Below the pieces are notes generated by a model. The model was not told the DNA's origin, ran no database searches, and worked only from the letters and a program-made list of their open reading frames with translations. Of a stretch of 64,000 nucleotides of DNA, positions 1 through 9,459 are shown one piece after another (the first letter of the stretch is position 1; every line of letters begins with the position of its first letter). This DNA comes from a virus (lineage: Duplodnaviria; Caudoviricetes). Position numbers and translations under genes: made by a program. The DNA lies in the IMG/VR virus record IMGVR_UViG_2531839366_000001, positions 1 through 64,000 of that record. One strand, written 5' to 3'.

Positions 1-95
1 GCATCTTTATCACCACTAATATATAAATTGATACCAGCACCTTCTGGATATTTAGATGTAGCGATTCCAACACCTTTTGGTTGTACTGGTTTATT
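1..95 (+). repeat. 95-bp direct repeat of 1002..1096 (shared cell-wall-binding-domain coding sequence)
   Basis: Identical except one base (gatgta vs gacgta). Confidence 0.95.
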
Positions 96-530
96 TTCAG
101 AAGGATCAGTCGTACTACCACCGTCTCCTTTCCCCAAGTAGTCTAACGGATTTACAGCATTACTCTTACTAGCATCCCAACGTCCTTTATGCACTTCAAA
201 ATGTAAGTGTTGGCCTTCAGACTGCCCCGTGTTCCCCATAATTCCAATTGTTTGTCCTTGTGTAACATAATCGCCTTCTTTAACCGTTCGAGAGCCGCTA
301 CGCATATGAGCGTATACAGTCTCCCATGTAACTCCATCAATTGTATGCACAATCATAATACATTCACCATAACTTGATGAGAAATAAGAACGACTAACTT
401 GCCCGCTAGCCGCTGCATAAATTGGATGATAACCCGATTCAGCCAAGTCTATTCCATGATGATCTGGTCTACTACCTCTAAAACCACTTGTTACTCGCGT
501 TGTATCTGTTGGATAAATAAATTTTGCCAT
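1..530 (-). CDS. M23 family metallopeptidase with C-terminal cell-wall-binding domain (3' end runs off the window)
   Basis: Missing from the ORF track. Hand translation from ATG at 530 (RBS AGAAAGGAAG) gives MAKFIYPTDTTRVTSGFRGSRPDHHGIDLA...YAHM...GNTGQSEGQHLHFEVH, which has the HxxxD and HxH M23 motifs. It continues into KPVQPKGVGIATSKYPEGAGINLY, as in 686..1675. Confidence 0.9.
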   Translation of the reverse strand, partial: MAKFIYPTDTTRVTSGFRGSRPDHHGIDLAESGYHPIYAAASGQVSRSYFSSSYGECIMIVHTIDGVTWETVYAHMRSGSRTVKEGDYVTQGQTIGIMGNTGQSEGQHLHFEVHKGRWDASKSNAVNPLDYLGKGDGGSTTDPSENKPVQPKGVGIATSKYPEGAGINLYISGDKD

Positions 531-685
531 ATTAATCTTCCTTTCTATTTTTGCGCAATATAAAAAGGCACTTAGATGAGTACCTTAATTCATTGTTATT
601 TCGATGTATTATAGATTTCCAATATCTAATTCTCATATCTCCAGATTACATGAGTATGATCAAAAGAATGAGAAATCCCCCGTTG

Positions 686-1675
686 TTACCTTACATTAAA
701 ATGTTCTTCTTTCACCCATGCGTTTGGTCCAATAGCAATATAACCATCTTTTCTTGCATAAATTTCATAAGCAACAGATCCATCCACATTACCAGTCCAT
801 TCACCATTTGGTCCATTATATGTGTTAATACCAGCACCTGCCGGATATTTTGAGTAAGCATAGAACCATTGTACATCGAAGTGCTCTTGCTTCACCCATG
901 CCTGCCAACCTAAGCACAGCCTATTTTCATTACCACCATACCAAGCAGCATCTATAATTAAATATGGAGTCTTGGTATCGATTATTCGGCCAGTGGCATG
1001 AGCATCTTTATCACCACTAATATATAAATTGATACCAGCACCTTCTGGATATTTAGACGTAGCGATTCCAACACCTTTTGGTTGTACTGGTTTATTGTCA
1101 CTACCGCCATCAGTTCCTCCATCAAAATTCACATATTGCTTAACAATTTCAGAGTAGAAAAAATTCCCTCCATTTTTATATCGATAACCACCATTGTATG
1201 CCACTGCGATAGGCTGACTATATCGAACCATAGCACCAGTTGTATTTCCAAGAGATGGTGCAACAACCGTTTTAGAATACAAATCTGCCACCGGTAATGA
1301 ATGTTGTTTATTGTTAGAAGCTAACCAGCGAAGATAAGCTCGTCCAAAATTATATGATTGAACAATGGCACTTAAATCTGTAATACCATTTTTCTTTGCA
1401 TCATCAAAAGCTCCTTTTAAATGCTTCACTCCGTAATAAACTGAATCCTTAGGATTCTTGATTGTATTCATTGCCCATCCTTGTGATTCACTTGACTGCA
1501 TAATATCAGGTGTTGTTTCAGAATTCCCTCCACTTTCCACCATAATAATTCCAAGCACATAAGGCACTAACTCAGATACACCTTGTGTAGCACATTCACT
1601 TTCTACCATTGTCTGCCATCGTAATACTTGTTGCGGCAGATTCTTTGTCGTAACTGAAGCAGCTAATATACTCAT
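686..1675 (-). CDS. Lysozyme-like (CwlT-type) muramidase with two C-terminal SH3-like repeats
   Basis: IIMVESGG, DIMQSSES and YNFG motifs of the Lysozyme_like family. The SKYPxGAGIN...WVKxEHF unit occurs twice at the C-terminus. Confidence 0.85.
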   Translation of the reverse strand: MSILAASVTTKNLPQQVLRWQTMVESECATQGVSELVPYVLGIIMVESGGNSETTPDIMQSSESQGWAMNTIKNPKDSVYYGVKHLKGAFDDAKKNGITDLSAIVQSYNFGRAYLRWLASNNKQHSLPVADLYSKTVVAPSLGNTTGAMVRYSQPIAVAYNGGYRYKNGGNFFYSEIVKQYVNFDGGTDGGSDNKPVQPKGVGIATSKYPEGAGINLYISGDKDAHATGRIIDTKTPYLIIDAAWYGGNENRLCLGWQAWVKQEHFDVQWFYAYSKYPAGAGINTYNGPNGEWTGNVDGSVAYEIYARKDGYIAIGPNAWVKEEHFNVR

Positions 1676-1912
1676 TACTAAACATCTCCTTATTTTCCTA
1701 TTATTTTTGTCTAAAAAACTACTAATTTACTAAGTACACCCAACAGCTAAATGCCCATTTTCTATAAAATTACTTCATGACACTCACCTTCTTTCACAAC
1801 AAAAAGAGCAACCATAAAAATGGTTGCCCTTTCGTCAAAATCTTATATTACTAATATAAATCATTTTTTCAATGGTTTCTGTACACCACATATAACCTAC
1901 ATAAAGGTAACA

Positions 1913-2311
1913 TTAAAATTCATCTAGAAACTTGACAATCTTTCTTATTTCAGCATGCTTACGTCGAATATATCCTGAACTATAATGTAAATCGTACGAA
2001 ATTTGTTCTAAGGTCATTCCATCGATATATTTCATTCTAAGTATTTGATGATCCAATCCTGTAAACTTATTAATCAAACACTTTAAATCATATACTTCAT
2101 TCATCTTATGAGCTAATTCATATTCAATTGCTTCAATATTCTCTTCTACTTTCGCACCGTCCGATTCAACAGTTAAACGAACATTCCGTAAATCACCACT
2201 AATCCAGCGTTTTAATTCAGCTTTTGTTTTATCTAAATTGTAGTCCAAATAAGCAATGTCCTCTTCTAATTTCTGATAGTCTTTCATCCAGTTAAACAAA
2301 TGATGATTCAC
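1913..2311 (-). CDS. ArpU/RinA-like phage late transcriptional activator (sigma70 region-4-like HTH)
   Basis: Coiled coil followed by ILRMKYIDGMTLEQISYDLHYS; sits at the end of the early operon. Confidence 0.75.
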   Translation of the reverse strand: MNHHLFNWMKDYQKLEEDIAYLDYNLDKTKAELKRWISGDLRNVRLTVESDGAKVEENIEAIEYELAHKMNEVYDLKCLINKFTGLDHQILRMKYIDGMTLEQISYDLHYSSGYIRRKHAEIRKIVKFLDEF

Positions 2312-2364
2312 CTACTTTCTATGTAAAAACAATAAATCTCATAAACATGTTTATTTTTTTCGTT

Positions 2365-2595
2365 CTAAAACGTTTTACCACCCTCAAGACCAATGGCATT
2401 TCCAGCTTGATTGTATAGTTGCTCCTTTGAACATACTTGTTGAGCAGCTTCAAAATCTTCATCAGAAAAACCTTGCAATCGCCAAGTCTCGTTGGGTGTA
2501 ATTCCCCTTAATTCCAGGTCGTCAGTTACAATAGCAGTACTACAACCCTTCAACAAAGTTTGTGAATACTTGTTAACTCTTCCCGTTCCCGTCAT
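2365..2595 (-). pseudogene. C-terminal fragment of a C5 cytosine DNA methyltransferase
   Basis: TPNETWRLQGFSDEDF...QLYNQAGNA matches MTase motifs IX-X; the catalytic PC motif and N-terminus are absent. Confidence 0.7.
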
Positions 2596-2884
2596 ATCGA
2601 TTCCCTTGCCTCCCTGGTAGTTTCGTTGTTGCTAGATGATAAGACCAACCACACTTTAATCGACTATAAAATGTGTAACGTGATATACCGTTACGTTCCG
2701 CCATATGCATCCATTCACCATGTTTTCTATCGAAATCCATTTTCTTTTTCCCGATCCGTTGTGTTATCGCTCTTTCGATATTCCAGTCATAGCGGTATAC
2801 TCTCTCCTGAAGTCTTTGTCTGCTGATACCATTCACTTTAGCTTGCTCATAATGTTCATCTAAGATAAAGAAGTTCATTGCCAT
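2573..2884 (-). CDS. Phage protein with repeated NGIS...RV...W motif (PVL ORF50-like)
   Basis: NGISRQRLQERVYRYDW and NGISRYTFYSRLKCGW repeats. Confidence 0.6.
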   Translation of the reverse strand: MAMNFFILDEHYEQAKVNGISRQRLQERVYRYDWNIERAITQRIGKKKMDFDRKHGEWMHMAERNGISRYTFYSRLKCGWSYHLATTKLPGRQGNRYDGNGKS

Positions 2885-2893
2885 GCCCCTTTC

Positions 2894-3160
2894 TTAATCC
2901 AATGCCATAATTTCAGCTAACGTTCTATCTGAAATGTAAGTGTTGATAATCTGAATCCGACCATATTTATCTTTAGCCATTCCTACGGCTTCGCTTTCTG
3001 ATTTCGCTTCAAACCAACGAAGTTTCCATTTGTCATCTTTGTCGTAAAACTCTACTGAGTACGTTATAACGCTTGTAACACATTGCAAAAACTTATCAGA
3101 CGTGCTCTTTGCTTCATAATCAAAACTTCCAACGACATCCTCAAGTGTTAATTGTTTCAT
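2894..3160 (-). CDS. Hypothetical phage protein
   Basis: Tightly packed in the early operon. Confidence 0.7.
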   Translation of the reverse strand: MKQLTLEDVVGSFDYEAKSTSDKFLQCVTSVITYSVEFYDKDDKWKLRWFEAKSESEAVGMAKDKYGRIQIINTYISDRTLAEIMALD

Positions 3161-3348
3161 GCTACTGTCTCGGCTTTCTCACGCATTTGTAATTGATGGA
3201 TTGCTTTTAACCTCGTCATAACGGCATGACGTCTTCTATCCACTTCTTCAGGTGTCCGATTCCCCGCTTCGCAAGTACATGGTGCGAATTGGTACATACC
3301 CGTTCCCATATCGTTTCTAATTACTCCAGTTCCTTCACATGCACACAT
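3157..3348 (-). CDS. Small Cys-containing phage protein
   Basis: CxC...CxC motifs; overlaps its neighbour by 4 nt. Confidence 0.65.
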   Translation of the reverse strand: MCACEGTGVIRNDMGTGMYQFAPCTCEAGNRTPEEVDRRRHAVMTRLKAIHQLQMREKAETVA

Positions 3349-3360
3349 CTTAATTCCCCC

Positions 3361-4170
3361 TTAGAATGGTAATACTTTTCTTCTATAATCCTTTGTATCT
3401 TTAAAAACAATTGCTCTAAAGTTATTGAATATACGTGATACAATCCGTTCGTCATATGCGCCCTCTAAACGCTCTCCAGTAAGGTTTGTCGTGAAGATAG
3501 TAGATTTACCTTGCCTTCCATCGAAAACATCGAATAACACTCTATTAATGAAGTTTGTAGCTTTTGTATTAGCATCTAATGCGCCTAACTCTGCCCCTAA
3601 ATCATCAACTATCAATACATCTGCTCTTACTAATGTCCGAATGATTGAATCCTCAGTTAAGGAGGAATCTTTATTGAACGTACTTTTAATCTTCCTTAGC
3701 AATTCGCCAACTGTAACGAAGACCACCGATATCCCTGCTCCTGCAAGCTGATCTGCGATGGCATAAGCAAGATGTGTTTTCCCCGCTCCGCAATTACCGG
3801 CCATAATTGTATTGAACACTTTCCTATTGAGATAATCCGTTGCGATGATCTTTGCAAGTTCAAGGTTCTTCGCTCCTTCCTCGCTAGTAGGTTGGTAGTT
3901 ATCAAAATTAGCTTTCTTAATATCGCTATCAGCAATCATGCTTTGTTGATGGAATAAGAATTTCTTCTCGTTCGCTTGATCCGCATCGTATTTCGCTTGT
4001 TCTTGTTCTTGGAGCTTCTTACTATCGTTTTCAAGGAAGCAACGAGGGCAAACAACTTGTCCACCGAACTTCATCTTATTCATGCCATGCGTATCACAAA
4101 CATCAGAATCCATAGTCATATTCACCTTTTTGGCTATATCGGTTGGTATTGCTGCCGCCGCTCTCTGCAT
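3361..4170 (-). CDS. DnaC/IstB-like helicase loader ATPase
   Basis: Walker A GNCGAGKT, Walker B LIVDDLG, and FTTNL motif; follows the initiator gene. Confidence 0.9.
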   Translation of the reverse strand: MQRAAAAIPTDIAKKVNMTMDSDVCDTHGMNKMKFGGQVVCPRCFLENDSKKLQEQEQAKYDADQANEKKFLFHQQSMIADSDIKKANFDNYQPTSEEGAKNLELAKIIATDYLNRKVFNTIMAGNCGAGKTHLAYAIADQLAGAGISVVFVTVGELLRKIKSTFNKDSSLTEDSIIRTLVRADVLIVDDLGAELGALDANTKATNFINRVLFDVFDGRQGKSTIFTTNLTGERLEGAYDERIVSRIFNNFRAIVFKDTKDYRRKVLPF

Positions 4171-4975
4171 TGTTCTTCGCTCCTTTTTTAGAATTCATTT
4201 GAATTGTTAACTGATCGAACTTTTCACGTAGCTTTTTAGGAGATAAGATATTTCCTTGCCAAAATGGATCTGCTTGGCACCAATCAATAACATCTTTAAT
4301 CTCTTGCAATTCACGGTTATCCTTTTCACGCATTAATCTAAAATCATTAGACCAAGTATCGAAGTTAGGCTCTTTTTGTTTAGGATTATTACCCTTAATT
4401 TTTTCAAACAAATACTTAGCCCCATTGGTGTCGCAAGTTTCAAACTTGTGACGATAAGTTTTTTCGATTTTTTTCTTTTTATCTTTTTCTTTATCTAATT
4501 CTTTATCTTCTTCTATATCTGTATCGTCACGTGACGTCACGCAAGTGTCACTATCTTCACCTTTATTTTCTAGTGCTAATTGCTGTTGTTTCTTGCGTTC
4601 ACGGTACTTTTTGTTCCGTTCTGCATTCAATTGTTTTACACGTTCTAATCCATCAATGTTCTGGTGTTTCTCCCAGTTGGAGATACATATGTACTGATCT
4701 TCTGTGATGTCAATCATCCCGAACTGTTTAAATGTTTGTAACGCAAGCCTCACTGTCGCTATTGGTCTATTGAAAAGAGTTGAAAGCATTTCTTCTGTGA
4801 AAGGAATGTTTTCGCTCAAGAAAATGTAACCACTGGCATTTGTCTTACCCGCTTGAGACAATAATTTAATCCAAATGATTAGTAGTGTGTCTGCATCTGG
4901 TAAGCTTTCAATTAATCGAATCTTTTCATCTTCAAACATGTTGGTAGAGAGTTTTATCCATTTTACATCTGCCAT
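4103..4975 (-). CDS. Phage replisome organiser (replication initiator)
   Basis: N-terminal WIKLSTNMFEDEKIRLIE; C-terminal FWQGNILSPKKLREKFDQL. Confidence 0.9.
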   Translation of the reverse strand: MADVKWIKLSTNMFEDEKIRLIESLPDADTLLIIWIKLLSQAGKTNASGYIFLSENIPFTEEMLSTLFNRPIATVRLALQTFKQFGMIDITEDQYICISNWEKHQNIDGLERVKQLNAERNKKYRERKKQQQLALENKGEDSDTCVTSRDDTDIEEDKELDKEKDKKKKIEKTYRHKFETCDTNGAKYLFEKIKGNNPKQKEPNFDTWSNDFRLMREKDNRELQEIKDVIDWCQADPFWQGNILSPKKLREKFDQLTIQMNSKKGAKNNAESGGSNTNRYSQKGEYDYGF

Positions 4976-5152
4976 TTAGTTCACTTCCCTTTCGCATACC
5001 GCTATGTCGCCTTGAATCTTGATTACTCTGTATCCTGGATAACGATCAGGAGTGATGTACTCAATCGCCTTCGCCTTCACTTCTTGTTCATTCTTTGCGC
5101 CCTTCCTCACCCATGAAGGAAGGACGACTTTCGACTGATTTTTATCTAACAT
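4976..5152 (-). CDS. 58-aa hypothetical phage protein
   Basis: Hand translated MLDKNQSKVVLPSWVRKG...CEREVN; RBS AAGGAG; abuts the initiator start. Confidence 0.75.
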   Translation of the reverse strand: MLDKNQSKVVLPSWVRKGAKNEQEVKAKAIEYITPDRYPGYRVIKIQGDIAVCEREVN

Positions 5153-5165
5153 AGGTTTTCACTCC

Positions 5166-5798
5166 TTAGTTTGTTTGTTCTATTTTTTCACCCTGTTCTT
5201 GTTCTCCGTTTTCAGTAGTTTCTTTTTCGGCCTGTTTAACCCATTTTGTCGATTTCTTAAGTACTTCCTCAGCTTGTTTTAATGTCAATTCGCCGACTTC
5301 CTTGATACTTAAGTGGCCTTTGATCGTATCTTCATCTACTTTTCGAAGAGCAGCTAACTTTTTAATGTTTAATTTAATTGCACCGACTTGTTGAGAAGTA
5401 ATCATTTCCTCTTGAATCTCCGGTAAATCTTCACCTGCATAGATGTATAATCCCAAACCGTGAAGCGCAATCGCTTTTACTAAGCAACGTTGGATACTCG
5501 TATTAATATCGAAACTGTTTGGCTCCGCAATCGGTTTATTTTGATTGTTAAGTATTGGATGAATCTGACTTAGTGGTAATCCCTGTACAGTTACCTCAAC
5601 TTCTACAAAGTAACCGCAATCCGTTTTAAGGTAAGGAACGCCATCGAATCGCTTAACTTCCCATGTAGCTGCTGGATCTACTTCACGAAGCCTTTTTACC
5701 GCCCATGCCCATGATAAGTAGCTAAAGCGTCCTTTCTTTTCAACGTGTTCCGAACAATCTATTTGAGCTAATTTAGAAAAGTAATTTTCAGCTGTCAT
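5166..5798 (-). CDS. sak: Sak/Rad52-like single-strand annealing protein (DUF1071)
   Basis: VEKKGRFSYLSWAWA and RCLVKAIALHGLGLYIYAGED motifs. Confidence 0.85.
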   Translation of the reverse strand: MTAENYFSKLAQIDCSEHVEKKGRFSYLSWAWAVKRLREVDPAATWEVKRFDGVPYLKTDCGYFVEVEVTVQGLPLSQIHPILNNQNKPIAEPNSFDINTSIQRCLVKAIALHGLGLYIYAGEDLPEIQEEMITSQQVGAIKLNIKKLAALRKVDEDTIKGHLSIKEVGELTLKQAEEVLKKSTKWVKQAEKETTENGEQEQGEKIEQTN

Positions 5799-5816
5799 AT
5801 CAATCTCCCTCTCTTT

Positions 5817-6002
5817 TTAAAATGGTGCTACCTCTGCTTGTTTACTAGCTTCATACACTTCAATAAGTGCATGCAATCCGTATTCATAAGCCACAACCAT
5901 TGATGCAGCATTAGGTTCTTTACTTTGCTTATATTTTTCAACTAAACTCTTCATAATTTGAATTTCAGCTTCAATTTTATTTTGTAGGCCCATCTTATTC
6001 AC
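5817..6002 (-). CDS. Hypothetical phage protein
   Basis: Operon packing in the early region. Confidence 0.65.
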   Translation of the reverse strand: MNKMGLQNKIEAEIQIMKSLVEKYKQSKEPNAASMVVAYEYGLHALIEVYEASKQAEVAPF

Positions 6003-6201
6003 CCGCTACTTTCTTTGTAGAATGAGACTCTACATATTGTTTAATGCATTCGGTTTCAGTGTGTAAGTAATCCCCATCGAAATCTAAGCAACTTTCTCCA
6101 AAATAGATTTCTCCATTACAACCGCAACAAGTTTCAATGAAGTCTCTAGCTGATGAATCATGATGATTTCCCATTAACATGCCGTTTTCAATCATTTCCA
6201 C
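5995..6201 (-). CDS. Small Cys/His-rich phage protein
   Basis: CCGC...H...C; overlaps its neighbour. Confidence 0.65.
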   Translation of the reverse strand: MEMIENGMLMGNHHDSSARDFIETCCGCNGEIYFGESCLDFDGDYLHTETECIKQYVESHSTKKVAGE

Positions 6202-6667
6202 ATTCCTCCTTATTTACTGTAGGAGAAAACATCTGGTATAATGTAAGTAAGTTAATAAGTGTGTTTTCTCCAAACCGTCTTAGGGGTAAGGCGGTTTTTT
6301 TATTTTGTTTTAATGCTTTTGAGCATCGGAATATCCAGGAACCCATTTGCTAGGTGGGGGCTATCGTTAGATCCCTGAATATTCCGATAAAAAAGAGCTT
6401 GTCTGTGTTCATAAATTTGTAACATCTATATATAAAGTTCATATAAATTACGTGTTACACTTTGTACATTCCAAAAAGTTCTTATAGAACTGACAACTCG
6501 ATGATCTTAGTACTGCCCTGCATCCCCTGCAGGGCTTCCCTCATTTAGCTAGAGTTATATACTTGTATGTTTCCTCAACCTTATCTGCGCTGTTGTGTAC
6601 CTCTCTAGCTATCAAATCCTTTATGATCCACAAGATTTTCTTTCGTTCGTATTCATCTCGCTGCTGT

Positions 6668-6784
6668 TTATTTGTCATCTTCAAGCCATCTTGCTCTCTT
6701 TGCTGCAACATCTACTCGGTGCACTAAGTATGTCGATAAACATATAGCTATCGCGACAATTATCAAGGATAGTGAGCTTTCCAT
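6668..6784 (-). CDS. 38-aa single-TM peptide
   Basis: Hand translated MESSLSLIIVAIAICLSTYLVHRVDVAAKRARWLEDDK; RBS GGAGG just upstream. Confidence 0.6.
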   Translation of the reverse strand: MESSLSLIIVAIAICLSTYLVHRVDVAAKRARWLEDDK

Positions 6785-6786
6785 CT

Positions 6787-7551
6787 CTAAACCGCCTCCT
6801 GATTAAGAAACTTATTAATGAAGTAAAGCTGACCTTTCCCTGTAACTTTTGGTGTGAATGATGTTACGAATTCACCTTCACTATTTGTTCTTACGAATTC
6901 TTGTGACTTGAATAATCCTAAATCCATTGAATACTGAGTAGGCGTGTTGTACATGCTTCCTCTTTTCTTGCAAAGATAGCCGTTTTCTCTCAACCATTCG
7001 AAGAGTCTGTTTTGACCTATGTCTATTCCTTTTTGCTTCATTAGAATCGCTAACTGATTTATGCTGATTAGATTCGTTGAAACTTGGATTGCTTGAGCGA
7101 ATGTTACTAAAGATTGTTGCTGCAATACTTTGCGTTCAGCTTCAATGCGCTTTGCTTGTTCTTCTTTTAAGTTAGTGAGAAGGCCGATCATGAAGTCTGG
7201 ATTAGTTACCGCTTGTTCTAGTACTTGATCTGTCATGTATGCACCATGTTTTCTGATAGAAGGAAGCACTTCACTGGTTACCCACCTTTTGAATGCTTTT
7301 GCTTGTGGTTTACGACTTGTCATGATTAATGAGTAAAGACCGCTTTCATTGATGATGTTTGTTTCGCCTGATAAGCCCCCTAAGTTAAACTTAGTCACCT
7401 CATCACTATCTAATTTTTGGATAGCCACTGTTGTATTTTTGATTTTTAGCACTTCACAAACATCTTTTGCTATAAACCAAATGTCTTCTCCTTGTATTAC
7501 TGTTCGAACTTGTCCTAATTCGTTATTGTTGAAAACTTGTAATTGATTCAT
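6787..7551 (-). CDS. Phage antirepressor (BRO-N + KilA-C/ANT)
   Basis: WFIAKDVC...INESGLYSLI...WVTSEVLPSIRKHG; C-terminal KVTGKGQLYF. Confidence 0.9.
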   Translation of the reverse strand: MNQLQVFNNNELGQVRTVIQGEDIWFIAKDVCEVLKIKNTTVAIQKLDSDEVTKFNLGGLSGETNIINESGLYSLIMTSRKPQAKAFKRWVTSEVLPSIRKHGAYMTDQVLEQAVTNPDFMIGLLTNLKEEQAKRIEAERKVLQQQSLVTFAQAIQVSTNLISINQLAILMKQKGIDIGQNRLFEWLRENGYLCKKRGSMYNTPTQYSMDLGLFKSQEFVRTNSEGEFVTSFTPKVTGKGQLYFINKFLNQEAV

Positions 7552-7565
7552 TTTTTGTCCTCCTT

Positions 7566-7823
7566 TTAAAATATATCCCTAAGGGAAACTTTGTGATTAA
7601 AAAAATTTTCTTGTTCATCAAATAGGTCTGTTACCTCTGCATTTAAAGCCCTTGCAATTTTAGAAGCTGTACTATAATATATCCTCTTTTTATATTTATG
7701 AGAATTTATGATTTTGTAACAATAACTTTTGGATATACCAATGATTACTGCAAGTTCTTGATATGTAAATTCAGATTTATCAAAAGCTAATTTTAATTTA
7801 GTTTTCGGTTTATTATTTAGCAT
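7566..7823 (-). CDS. Cro-like XRE HTH regulator
   Basis: Likely start is ATG 7823 (RBS GAAGGGAG) rather than 7883; TYQELAVIIGISKSY HTH; divergent from the repressor. Confidence 0.8.
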   Translation of the reverse strand: MLNNKPKTKLKLAFDKSEFTYQELAVIIGISKSYCYKIINSHKYKKRIYYSTASKIARALNAEVTDLFDEQENFFNHKVSLRDIF

Positions 7824-7949
7824 CCAATCACTCCCTTCTGATGCCGTTAAGTTTATTATAAGTTTACCCAAGGGAAACTTCAAGTGTTTTTTAAAAACAA
7901 ATTTCCTTAGGGTTAATTTTTTAGGGGTTTACGTTTCCTAATAGGAAAC
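7574..7949. promoter_or_regulatory. Four related palindromic operators of the lysis/lysogeny switch
   Basis: tatccctaagggaaac (7574), gtttacccaagggaaac (7862), atttccttagggttaat (7901) and the perfect palindrome gtttcctaataggaaac (7933-7949). Confidence 0.7.
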
Positions 7950-8001
7950 AATATAATAAAGGTAACTTACGTAAATACGTAAATTAAGGGGTGATTTAAA
8001 A

Positions 8002-8355
8002 ATGGAATTAAATGAACGTTTAAAATTATTAAGAACTGAGCGTAAACTTACACAAGAACAATTTGCTACTGCTGTTGGTATAACAAAAGCCAGTGTATCT
8101 AAATTTGAAAATGGCATTAAAACACCTAGTCGTGAAACCATAGAAAAAATAGCTGATCATTTTAATGTTACAACTGATTACTTACTAGGAAGATCCGAAG
8201 ATCCTGAAATTAATGAGCAAGAAAATAATATTGTTACTGAAGAAGGAAAGAACATAATGACTTTAATTGAAAGTCTTCCAGAAGATGAGAGAAAAAAAGC
8301 TTGGGAACAGTTAGAGATGTATGTTACTTATATGCAAAATAAAAAGAATGGCTAA
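8002..8355 (+). CDS. CI-like XRE repressor
   Basis: LTQEQFATAVGITKASVSKFENG HTH; VTTDYLLGR. Confidence 0.9.
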   Translation: MELNERLKLLRTERKLTQEQFATAVGITKASVSKFENGIKTPSRETIEKIADHFNVTTDYLLGRSEDPEINEQENNIVTEEGKNIMTLIESLPEDERKKAWEQLEMYVTYMQNKKNG

Positions 8356-8365
8356 TCCAAGAAGA

Positions 8366-8515
8366 CTACTCAATGTAACAGTCTTCTTTTTTATGTATTT
8401 GGTTTTCCTTATAAGATTCGTCTAGACATATTTTTAAAATATCTTCTGCTTTAATTGGTGCCCCATGTTTCAAACCCAATTTTACCGCTTCCCTCACTAA
8501 TTGCTCTTTTTTCAT
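8366..8515 (-). CDS. 49-aa hypothetical protein
   Basis: Hand translated MKKEQLVREAVKLGLKHGAPIKAEDILKICLDESYKENQIHKKEDCYIE; RBS GGGGGAAG. Confidence 0.6.
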   Translation of the reverse strand: MKKEQLVREAVKLGLKHGAPIKAEDILKICLDESYKENQIHKKEDCYIE

Positions 8516-9111
8516 ATCTACTTCCCCCTATATTCTCTTTAATATATGTAGACTTTCTTAAAATGAAGAGCTTTTGTCTCTTTGGATCAAAAACTCTCCA
8601 TTTCCTTTAGAGCAGAAATGACACTATCGATTTGATAGTGTCAATTGGAAAGCGGTGATAGAAAAACAAACTACAGTAGCCATTGTCAAAATGGCTTTAC
8701 TAAACTTACCTTTCAAGTACTTCACCAACTTTATGTATAATTTATCTATAACGTTTTAAGACGGTTTCTGGTAGAATAATGCGGAAAACTCTTGATTGAT
8801 TGTTCTATGTATTCTCTTCCCTCTTCTCCATCTTTCGCTATCTCCATTTAATATAGTTGAAAACTACTTAATCTACCATTTTTGAGGGATTTTAAAAATC
8901 CTTATATAACAATTTCTCTTGAATTTCATAGAAAGAATTATGCATTTTTACAGTTCTTCATTTAAAGACCTCTATATGAATATTTTACCACAAAAACCGA
9001 ACTTTTGTTCCTTTTATTTTTTATAAACAGAAATACGACCTAAATACAACAAAAAAGTCAGAATAACTACCAATTATGGTATAGTAATAGAGTGCTTATT
9101 ATACTCAAACT

Positions 9112-9459
9112 ATGAAAACTACAGTCGGTCAAAACATTAAAAATTTCAGAAAGTCTTTTGGTTTAACGCAAGAACAATTATCTGATAGAACAGGGTTGTC
9201 ACGTGGACAAATCAAAAATTGGGAAGTGGATCGCCATGAACCTGATCTTGAAAGTTTAAAAGTACTTGCATCGTTTTTTAATACCTCCACAGATGCTCTT
9301 CTTAACTTCGAGAACAGGAAAGAAGATGAGTTGTTAGAATTACTATTTAACGATGTCCAAAGAGCTTATGAGGAGCTTGATGGACGTCAGCAAGGGCGTT
9401 TCGCCAAACAAATAGCGGTGTATGTCAAAATGTTACGTGATAACAAAGACATACTGTGA
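9112..9459 (+). CDS. Second XRE-family HTH regulator
   Basis: LTQEQLSDRTGLSRGQIKNWE HTH. Confidence 0.85.
   Translation: MKTTVGQNIKNFRKSFGLTQEQLSDRTGLSRGQIKNWEVDRHEPDLESLKVLASFFNTSTDALLNFENRKEDELLELLFNDVQRAYEELDGRQQGRFAKQIAVYVKMLRDNKDIL

Noticed and set aside
1-1096. 95-bp repeat read as an att site or terminal redundancy
   Set aside because: Both copies are in-frame coding sequence of paralogous binding domains.
2365-2595. Functional DNA methyltransferase
   Set aside because: Only the last motifs remain and there is no catalytic domain.
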